In this document: positions 56,846 to 64,000 of the stretch, one piece after another
Position numbering within the stretch: position 1 is the stretch's first letter
Layout: every line of letters starts with the position of its first letter
DNA from: a virus
Lineage: Duplodnaviria; Caudoviricetes
Length of the DNA: 64,000 nt
Reading direction: 5' to 3' (one strand)
Virus record (IMG/VR): IMGVR_UViG_3300010163_000002
Span: 184,906-248,905 of that record
Notes under the pieces: generated by a model
What the model was told of the DNA's origin: nothing
Database searches by the model: none
Seen by the model: the letters and a program-made list of their open reading frames with translations, nothing else
Made by a program: the position numbers and the translations under genes

Positions 56846-58638
56846 TATAATATATAATTAACAATATCTTTTAGCTTGAGGACTTCATCTTTTTTTATTG
56901 TAATGGTATGAGGATAGAATACTGTACTTTCATAATATTCAGCAAAATTAAAATCTGGTTCTTGCGAGATAATATAAGTAAGATACTTATTAAAGTCATT
57001 AAGTACTCTTGCTCTTGTCCTCATATTTTTCTCTTTATTCTTAAGATATCTATTATGATATAATTTACGCTCTAATACATGATTAATATAATAGAGCCTT
57101 GATAATTCGTATTTCATTCCTTCAAGATTATTAGATTTATGATATTGGAGTAATAGTTTATGAGAAGATGAATATTCTGCATCAAAATCTATAAACTTGT
57201 TAGTCAGTATAATATCACCATCTTTATTTAATCCTATCGGTAATTTAGCTTCCAGAGCTACTGGATAAATAAAATCGGCAATAAGATTAGACACTTCTGA
57301 TACTGTTTCGGTATATGGTCTAGCCTTAGATGCCATTCTAGCCATATATTTGGATACTTTCTTAGCATTAAAATCTTTAGTAATTCCATCAAATGCTTTA
57401 TATACTTTACTATTCTTTAATGAGAATCTATAAAAGTCATTTGGAGTGACTTTAGAAGAATCTTTATTTGATATATCTATATTTGCTAACTTAAGCATAG
57501 AATCTACAAATTGAGAGCAAATCATAGACGTGCTCATATTTATATTAATATGCTTAAATGGTATAGTTAATATATTCACAACGCTATAACTTGTATCCCT
57601 AATATTTTCGATTAAGAATTTAATGGCTTCGGATATTTTTTTATGAATTTCTGGCTTTACAAAAAATGTAAATACTGCCAGCCTATGATCCTTAGGGTAT
57701 TTTTCAACAGATTCAATTGAAAACCCTCCGGTAAAATTCATATTATTATCCATATTAAATGAATATAATTTGTTAAAGTCATTATCTATACATAATGCAG
57801 AATGAGAGAACGGCCCATTTGTTACTTTGCTAATTGTGCTTGATAATGGGCCATCACCATATACCAATACAACACTTATTGGCTTAAGTTTGGATTTGTT
57901 AGATTCTTCAATGATATCTATTTTAGTATCATCAAATGATTCTACTATAGAACTTATATCAAGAATAACATTATTATTTCCAGTAAGCATTTCCTGATAT
58001 ATAGATTCTAATCTATTTATTGCTTTTATCTGATTTTCCGCATTATATTCAACTTCCGGATTCCAACCTATATTTAGCATTTGTTGCTTAATATAATTAA
58101 TTTCATCTGGATCTTCTGTCAGTTTTAATCTATTTTGTAATTCTGTTATTTTTTTATACCAACCTCTTGGTTCAAACTTAATATCTGATGATTCGGAATA
58201 CAATTCATCATATTCTCCAGACCATTTATATTTATCAATCTCAGAATTAATTTTAGCAATTTCATCCGGATCGTTAGTACTTCTTAATTGATCAGATAAG
58301 TCATCCAATCTGCTTCTAATACTTCCAATGTCATAATTTGAAGCCTCTGTATAATACTCTCCAAATTCTAATACTTCTTCTGGAGTAAAGTATGGAGCCA
58401 CCGAATATGGCCACTTGAATACATTTTCTCTTTTAATTGATTCTTCTATGTATTTGACATTTCTTTTAATATAATATTTCACGCTTGCAGATTGAGCTAT
58501 ATTAGATTCTTCAAGCACAAAATTTTCAATATACGATAAGAACTGCAAAGAATCCATAATACTCTCTGGTCTATGGAGTTCTGTTTTGGGATGTGTTTGC
58601 ATAAATGATTCTATAAGAATTTTTTGATTATCATTCAT
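56845..58638 (-). CDS. Virion protein with permuted papain-like amidase (YiiX/YebB-type NlpC/P60) domain
   Basis: His before Cys: 'GPFSHSALCID...YSVVNI...MICSQFV...VTPNDF'; many X-X-E-[A/S] motifs in the N-terminal region. Confidence 0.75.
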   Translation of the reverse strand: MNDNQKILIESFMQTHPKTELHRPESIMDSLQFLSYIENFVLEESNIAQSASVKYYIKRNVKYIEESIKRENVFKWPYSVAPYFTPEEVLEFGEYYTEASNYDIGSIRSRLDDLSDQLRSTNDPDEIAKINSEIDKYKWSGEYDELYSESSDIKFEPRGWYKKITELQNRLKLTEDPDEINYIKQQMLNIGWNPEVEYNAENQIKAINRLESIYQEMLTGNNNVILDISSIVESFDDTKIDIIEESNKSKLKPISVVLVYGDGPLSSTISKVTNGPFSHSALCIDNDFNKLYSFNMDNNMNFTGGFSIESVEKYPKDHRLAVFTFFVKPEIHKKISEAIKFLIENIRDTSYSVVNILTIPFKHININMSTSMICSQFVDSMLKLANIDISNKDSSKVTPNDFYRFSLKNSKVYKAFDGITKDFNAKKVSKYMARMASKARPYTETVSEVSNLIADFIYPVALEAKLPIGLNKDGDIILTNKFIDFDAEYSSSHKLLLQYHKSNNLEGMKYELSRLYYINHVLERKLYHNRYLKNKEKNMRTRARVLNDFNKYLTYIISQEPDFNFAEYYESTVFYPHTITIKKDEVLKLKDIVNYIL

Positions 58639-58671
58639 TCTTATTTTAATCCTCCTTTACAAAAAATAAAA

Positions 58672-58697
58672 TAGAGGGTTGTTTGATCAACCCTCTA
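58672..58697 (-). terminator. Intrinsic terminator
   Basis: TAGAGGGTTG-tttgat-CAACCCTCTA with A-tract on the left. Confidence 0.7.
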
Positions 58698-58704
58698 CTA
58701 AATT

Positions 58705-61700
58705 TTAATTTAATTTGGTAGCTTCGTCTATAATAGATAATTGTTCATTAATACTTTCTGGATATTCTCCATTGTATTTTTTATCTATTATATACCTAAC
58801 ACGTTCTATTAATGATGTATATGGGGCATATGTAGAAGATATAAGCATTTTCTCAAGGAAAGTATTTCTTTCACCAATGAAATCTTTCCTTCTGAATAAT
58901 GGATCAAAATCAATTTGATCTTCGCTAAGCATTGGTTTGCCGCTTAATGCGGTATAAAAGAATGTATTATCTACAATCTTTCCATTCTTGTATGCTTCTT
59001 CTATTTTCTTAATATTTCTCTTATCTCCAATGAATTCATACTCTTCAACCAGCATATCTCTTAACTTAGAGTAATCAATTACTTCCAATTGAGCATTTTC
59101 ATTAATAACTAAATACTTATCACAGATAACATCTGGAGAAAATGCGTATGATACTGGAGAAAGCAATGAGGTGTTATTTCTTACCTTAAGAATAAATGGT
59201 TTACTAATACTTCTGATAGGATTGCACGAAGCCATAGACCATTCTTTTACAGATGTTTTAATCTTATTCTTAAGTTTATCTTTATCTATAACTAATGGAT
59301 ATTGAATAATCCATTGCCATGATTCATCCCTATATACATATACTTTGCCTAATGCTATAGGAACTAAATCATTATTTGCCGTAAATACATATCTTTCTAC
59401 ATGTGTATTAGATTCTTCAAAGTCTCTATCATGAATGCTATGACGAATAGAATCATTAAGAGTTTTATAATACAGTTCTTCGTCCGGTGTTCCAGGATCT
59501 GACTTTTCAGATGTATGATACCACGTGATCTGAGCTGTATCAATATAATCCAATACTCCATCTTTTACCACCGGAAGCATATTATTAGACTTCTCTAATA
59601 ATATGGATAGATTATTTGAAGTTATTGTATTGAATATCTTGATTGGGGTGCTTTGATCGAATAATTCCGCATTCATGCCAACTAATCTAGCAGCATCAAT
59701 ATTCTCCTGCTTATCATCAAAGAACATACATCTGCTAGCATCCAGATTAAATTTATCAAGAAATGTTTTATATATGCTAATAGATGGTTTTGTATTATGG
59801 CATTCGAATGAGAATAAACCACCATCAAATTTCTCTAGTAGCGGTTTAAAGAAATTCCACTCTAGCTCCATACTATATTTCTGCCAATTTGACAAATAAT
59901 ACAGTTTATAACCTTTTGATTTCAATGCATCCAATAAATCATCAACATAATCAAACTTATACATCGCCGGAAGATGCGAATCAAATACATCATCTGTATA
60001 TGGTTTAATATGATCAGGCGCTTTAGACTTGAAATATTCTTTAACCACATATAATGGCTCCCATTCTATAGACGGTCTATCCTTATGAAGCCATACATGA
60101 TTATACAAAATATCATAAATCTCTTCAATGTATTCTTCTGGTATTCCTTTGGTTTTTAGAGCGTCTATAAAATTAGATTCTACTAATACAGAACCCATAT
60201 CAAATACTATAGTATCAACAAGCTCTGGTATATCAATTTTACCAACTTTTACTGCAGATTCAACAAGATATTTAGCAACCTGTGTTGATTCTGGAATATC
60301 TATAGAATATTTATTGGCTGCAGATTTAATGCGTTTTGCCAACTCTCTTTTTTTAGATTCTTCTGCATGGCCAAATAGCTTAATTGCAGAATATACGTGC
60401 TTCTTAGAATCTAATGGGTATTTTCTATCTTCTGGAATTCCAAATACAGAATCTGGAAGATCTGATCTCTTAGCTTCTATAAATCCAGCTTCACCCATAT
60501 TGATCCAATTACTACGTTTATTATCTTTGGTAAGTTCCTCTACATGATTAAGAATGTATTCAAGTGTAACAGGCTTGTTATCGAAAAACATGGGATATAC
60601 ATTTATATTTCTTTTACCATCAGTGGTATTATATTCCCTCATATTATGCATATGACCGTGAATATTAAGCCATTCATTATTATAATGCTCCATATTTATT
60701 GGCCTGTGAGTAAATACAATGTTATTCCATATTAATTCCCCATTAAATACAAACTCGAATTTGCATTTTTCATTGTAATCACCTTTATCAATATCATGAT
60801 TACCAAGAACAATAATTTTATGCCCAGGAATTGATGCCATTATTTTATGGGCTTCTTCAGAATCTTCATCAGATGCATATCTGTATGAAATATCTCCAAG
60901 ATACATAAATACGTCATCTTCCTTGATATTCTGTCTACACCACGTAATAATATTCTTGGTATTGACTAGATTACGTTCTTTCTTAAATCTGTTCTTGAAT
61001 AAATGCCAATCAGATGTTAAGAATATTCTTGATGGATCAGTATTGTCAAGAAGTGTTTGAGCGTCTTCATATTTTACAGTATCATCATACCCTCCTGGTA
61101 GTTCTAGATCTGATTCCTTAACATGTGTAATATTTTTATCATTGCTATTATGCTCATTATAAATTTCCAAGGCATATAAAAATGCATCTACAGAATCTCT
61201 GCATTTTTCTTTCAATATTGTTGATTCGTCTTTTGGTCCATGATGGCCAATCAACCATTGTATCTGAGGAGATGCTTTATGATAACCAGCTATGTACTCT
61301 CTATACTCATTATTATCGACAACATCGTTAAAAAATCTAGCATGAAGTGTTTGCTTTACTTGAGTATGGTATTTAGATGGCACAGAATTCAATGGGAATA
61401 TAATATGCTCACTATCATTTTGATATCTATTATCGCCATGTAAATCATATACATCATTTAGATATTTACCAGTAGTATAATATATTTTAATTGGTTCTTT
61501 AGCCTTATATTTTACCGCAAGTATATTTGATAGAGTATTAAAATTTTTTTCATTTGCTTCTATACATTCTGATATAAAATCATTATTTTTGTAAAACCCA
61601 TCAAAATCGGATTTAGATTTTACCATTTTAGCTTCATATTTAGTGCGTGTTTCAGTTAATGCATAAGCATTGAGATTTTTAACCTTACGCTTCCAATTAA

Positions 61701-61869
61701 TAGTATTAATTTTTTCCCTAATTCTATTAATTATTCCGTATTCTGTCATTACAGTAATTACATTAAATTCCTGAATCGGATCTTCATACTCATCTTTCCA
61801 GTTAGTATTATCTTGATCTAATTTCTCTTTCAATGTAACATAAAACAAATCTAATTTTCTAGGTTCCAT
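58705..61869 (-). CDS. Multidomain protein: calcineurin-like metallophosphoesterase, DUF6582-like domain and HAD phosphatase
   Basis: 'TSDWHL','LGDIS','LGNHD','THRP','HGHMH'; 'RSDLPDSVFGIPEDRKYPLD..HV.SAIKLF'; HAD motifs 'VFDMGSVL','LSNW','KP','FFDD'. Confidence 0.85.
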   Translation of the reverse strand: MEPRKLDLFYVTLKEKLDQDNTNWKDEYEDPIQEFNVITVMTEYGIINRIREKINTINWKRKVKNLNAYALTETRTKYEAKMVKSKSDFDGFYKNNDFISECIEANEKNFNTLSNILAVKYKAKEPIKIYYTTGKYLNDVYDLHGDNRYQNDSEHIIFPLNSVPSKYHTQVKQTLHARFFNDVVDNNEYREYIAGYHKASPQIQWLIGHHGPKDESTILKEKCRDSVDAFLYALEIYNEHNSNDKNITHVKESDLELPGGYDDTVKYEDAQTLLDNTDPSRIFLTSDWHLFKNRFKKERNLVNTKNIITWCRQNIKEDDVFMYLGDISYRYASDEDSEEAHKIMASIPGHKIIVLGNHDIDKGDYNEKCKFEFVFNGELIWNNIVFTHRPINMEHYNNEWLNIHGHMHNMREYNTTDGKRNINVYPMFFDNKPVTLEYILNHVEELTKDNKRSNWINMGEAGFIEAKRSDLPDSVFGIPEDRKYPLDSKKHVYSAIKLFGHAEESKKRELAKRIKSAANKYSIDIPESTQVAKYLVESAVKVGKIDIPELVDTIVFDMGSVLVESNFIDALKTKGIPEEYIEEIYDILYNHVWLHKDRPSIEWEPLYVVKEYFKSKAPDHIKPYTDDVFDSHLPAMYKFDYVDDLLDALKSKGYKLYYLSNWQKYSMELEWNFFKPLLEKFDGGLFSFECHNTKPSISIYKTFLDKFNLDASRCMFFDDKQENIDAARLVGMNAELFDQSTPIKIFNTITSNNLSILLEKSNNMLPVVKDGVLDYIDTAQITWYHTSEKSDPGTPDEELYYKTLNDSIRHSIHDRDFEESNTHVERYVFTANNDLVPIALGKVYVYRDESWQWIIQYPLVIDKDKLKNKIKTSVKEWSMASCNPIRSISKPFILKVRNNTSLLSPVSYAFSPDVICDKYLVINENAQLEVIDYSKLRDMLVEEYEFIGDKRNIKKIEEAYKNGKIVDNTFFYTALSGKPMLSEDQIDFDPLFRRKDFIGERNTFLEKMLISSTYAPYTSLIERVRYIIDKKYNGEYPESINEQLSIIDEATKLN

Positions 61870-61899
61870 TTTAAACCTCCTTTAATACAATTTAATCAT

Positions 61900-62295
61900 T
61901 TATTTTTGAACTATATCATATGATATAATACGAGGCCCATCTTTAGATACAATAACTCTTGGGTTTAATGAAAATTCTGTGCCATTTGCCATTGCTTCAT
62001 TAATCAGTTTTGCATATTCATTCTTATCAAGCTGCAATGTTACGTTAGCCATACCATTTTCCATATCAATATCAGTAATATTTCCTGCCACATACTCTGG
62101 TTTAACAGTCATATATTCTACCATAGATGGTGATACATAAGGAACAGTTACCGGAACTCCCTTATCACCAAATCTTTCTTTAGCTTTGTCAAATGCTTTT
62201 TCAAGCGCTTCTTTAGAATATACTCTCATATTATGCTGTGGTTCATTATATTTAATATTAATTGCTACTTCCATTAATTTATTATCTTTTCCCAC
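61900..62295 (-). CDS. Degenerate prohead-protease-like (T4 gp21 fold) protein
   Basis: 'QHNMRVYSKEALEKA...SLNPRV...IISYDIV'; start moved to GTG 62295 (AAAGGAGG RBS; late motif at 62320-62332). Confidence 0.45.
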   Translation of the reverse strand: MGKDNKLMEVAINIKYNEPQHNMRVYSKEALEKAFDKAKERFGDKGVPVTVPYVSPSMVEYMTVKPEYVAGNITDIDMENGMANVTLQLDKNEYAKLINEAMANGTEFSLNPRVIVSKDGPRIISYDIVQK

Positions 62296-62356
62296 TATAA
62301 ATCCTCCTTTAGATACCATTTAATTATTTGTCCTGAATAACCTTTTAAACAAAAAA

Positions 62357-62382
62357 TATGGAGAGGCGCTAACCTCTCCATA
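62357..62382 (-). terminator. Intrinsic terminator
   Basis: TATGGAGAGG-cgctaa-CCTCTCCATA with A-tract on the left. Confidence 0.75.
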
Positions 62383-62415
62383 CTTTACTAATTATAAATC
62401 TTACTTGATATTTAA

Positions 62416-62700
62416 TTATGCGTGTATTGATACAACTTCAACCCTAGTTGCACTCTCAAATTCCCAAGCTTCGCCTCTTCCTTTTCTAATATAGGTATTT
62501 TTAATGGCGTATTCAGAGTTTGGTGTTGCAACATACACATATTTATGTGATCCTCTGGCTTTAATACTCTCAATAGTTTCATTAATACTAGCGGGTTGCC
62601 CAAAACACATATTATAATGATATGCTTCATTTATATTGAGAGCGCGTCCCTCTTCTATTTTAGTATAGATTATTAATCCCTGCTTGTACTCTACTGTCAT
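62416..62700 (-). CDS. Hypothetical protein
   Basis: AAGGAGG RBS. Confidence 0.6.
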   Translation of the reverse strand: MTVEYKQGLIIYTKIEEGRALNINEAYHYNMCFGQPASINETIESIKARGSHKYVYVATPNSEYAIKNTYIRKGRGEAWEFESATRVEVVSIHA

Positions 62701-62712
62701 ATTTATTCCTCC

Positions 62713-63183
62713 TTAATGTTTTGGTGGATCAATAATAATTGGCTCTTCATACTTGATAAAACTCTTCCTGCTGAAGAATTCAAAATCTAAATCATATTTA
62801 GCCATTATTAATGATTTAGCCATCTGTTCTAATAGCGCATGTTCTGATACATCAAGGTATCTCGCTTCATACGTATCAGCATACTCAAAATCATATTTAC
62901 AATGAAGCAATTCATGAACAAGTATCTTTTCTGCGCAATAACGCAAAATATAATTATCGCTATAATATTTCTTATCAATAATCCTTATGGCAGAACACTT
63001 ATTAACAATATCCACAGAGTTTTCTCCCATACTATCTGGATTCTTAAACTCTTCCGGCTTGCATATTTTTGCTTCGATAATCCAATCGTCAAGAAACAAT
63101 TTCTTCTGCCACCACTCAAGATATTTCATTAACTCCTTATCTGATTTGAATTCAATTTTGGGCATTTTACTCATTAATCTCAT
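62713..63183 (-). CDS. Small zincin-like (HExxH) protein
   Basis: 'ILVHELLHCK...EH' motif; GGAGG RBS nearby. Confidence 0.6.
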   Translation of the reverse strand: MRLMSKMPKIEFKSDKELMKYLEWWQKKLFLDDWIIEAKICKPEEFKNPDSMGENSVDIVNKCSAIRIIDKKYYSDNYILRYCAEKILVHELLHCKYDFEYADTYEARYLDVSEHALLEQMAKSLIMAKYDLDFEFFSRKSFIKYEEPIIIDPPKH

Positions 63184-63652
63184 CCTCCGTATTTACTATA
63201 AGTTGTATTTTTGACGGTTCTGCCTCGCTGGTTATCATTGATATAAACTCGTCATCATTACTAAATATAGCATGAGTTACATTGGCTAGAAAGCCTATAG
63301 TGTTCCTGGCCATTATATCATAAATAGTAAACTCGATATTACATAATACCCGCCCTGCATAATTACACATTATATATTTATGATTTAAAACTATTTCCTC
63401 TTCAAATATATATGGTAATAACGACATTGCGTACAAATGATGTTCAGTCATACTTGGTTTAATAATGATATAGTCGTCATGTACTTCTATAGCATCTCTT
63501 ACAATATAACCAATTGATGATTTTATATCATAAATAGCATTATTAACATAAGTTTCATCATATGGTACGAAACTATACTTATTTTGTATATACGTCAAAA
63601 TTTCTGGTATATCTTCAGGCTTGTTTATGGATTTATTATTATGCTGGTGCAT
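63167..63652 (-). CDS. Hypothetical protein
   Basis: AAGGAGG RBS; coupled to neighbours. Confidence 0.6.
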   Translation of the reverse strand: MHQHNNKSINKPEDIPEILTYIQNKYSFVPYDETYVNNAIYDIKSSIGYIVRDAIEVHDDYIIIKPSMTEHHLYAMSLLPYIFEEEIVLNHKYIMCNYAGRVLCNIEFTIYDIMARNTIGFLANVTHAIFSNDDEFISMITSEAEPSKIQLIVNTEDEINE

Positions 63653-64000
63653 TATTTATTCCTCCTTGTTTATCTAATACATAGTTTATGATTTCTTCAT
63701 ATGATTTGCCGCGTTTTCTATGATAACTAGTATACGCATCAAATTTACCTAATTTTCTAGATAAATCCGTATCATTTATCCACGTTATGCCCCTATACGT
63801 TTGGCTTATATTTTTAGCGTCCAATACAGCATCTATGATTTCTTCATATGATTCTCTATATTTTCTGTGTGCACGGACATAACCTTTAGCTTTACCTAAT
63901 TTTCTAGATAAATCCGTATCATTTATCCACGTTATGCCCCTATACGTTTGGCTTATATTTTTAGCGTCCAATACAGCATCTATGATTTCTTCATATGATT
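63639..64000 (-). CDS. Tandem-repeat (49-aa unit) putative DNA-binding protein, 5'-truncated by window
   Basis: Unit 'ISQTYRGITWINDTDLSRKLGK-x12-SYEEIIDAVLDAKN'; frame stays open to the window edge. Confidence 0.65.
   Translation of the reverse strand, partial: SYEEIIDAVLDAKNISQTYRGITWINDTDLSRKLGKAKGYVRAHRKYRESYEEIIDAVLDAKNISQTYRGITWINDTDLSRKLGKFDAYTSYHRKRGKSYEEIINYVLDKQGGINNAPA
63687..64000. repeat. 147-bp-period tandem repeat: 110-bp identical blocks separated by 37-bp variable segments
   Basis: 63744-63853 is identical to 63891-64000; a partial third copy ends at 63706; variable segments at 63707-63743 and 63854-63890. Confidence 0.9.

Noticed and set aside
63687-64000. CRISPR array (constant blocks with 37-bp spacers)
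   Set aside because: The repeat is 110 bp, the period is a multiple of 3 within an open frame, the 'spacers' keep shared residues, and no cas genes are in the window.
1-64000. Stop-codon reassignment
   Set aside because: Standard code 11 gives dense, full-length genes up to 4201 aa, and TAA, TAG and TGA all end genes.
1-64000. tRNA or rRNA genes
   Set aside because: No cloverleaf/T-loop signature or rRNA-like sequence seen in the short intergenic regions; not checked with tRNAscan.

Overview
This 64-kb AT-rich window is from a large lytic (jumbo) tailed phage of the phiKZ/AR9-like type that encodes its own multisubunit RNA polymerase. Strong GGAGG Shine-Dalgarno sites, an XkdX-family gene and SH3b/CHAP cell-wall enzymes point to a Bacillota (probably clostridial) host. 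Layout: (1-9.8 kb) tail/head-fibre and receptor-binding module, including a DGR-target-like gene and an intact tyrosine recombinase; (9.9-11 kb) endolysin; (11.2-17.5 kb) M48-like protease and an apparently unsplit RNAP beta-like subunit; (17.6-20.8 kb) small genes, DEDDh exonuclease and HU-like protein; (21-42.7 kb) a 4,200-aa tape-measure/lysin with five C-terminal enzyme domains, baseplate/tail genes and a RusA-like resolvase; (43.3-50.7 kb) head-protein cluster with four tandem paralogues; (50.7-64 kb) minus-strand genes including a YdbC/PC4-like SSB, a permuted papain-like amidase, a phosphoesterase-HAD polyprotein and a tandem-repeat protein cut by the window edge. Two phage promoter motifs are readable by eye: a late-type DACAW-N5-TAA (18 sites, AR9-like) and an early-type TTRTATATYATA (7 sites). 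Mapping them exposes the most novel-looking signal: several promoter-to-hairpin non-coding units (20.83-20.92 kb, 56.75-56.86 kb, 11.04-11.19 kb) that carry Shine-Dalgarno or anti-Shine-Dalgarno tracts, suggesting a phage small-RNA layer for translational control. All protein calls come from motif recognition by eye; no database searches were run.
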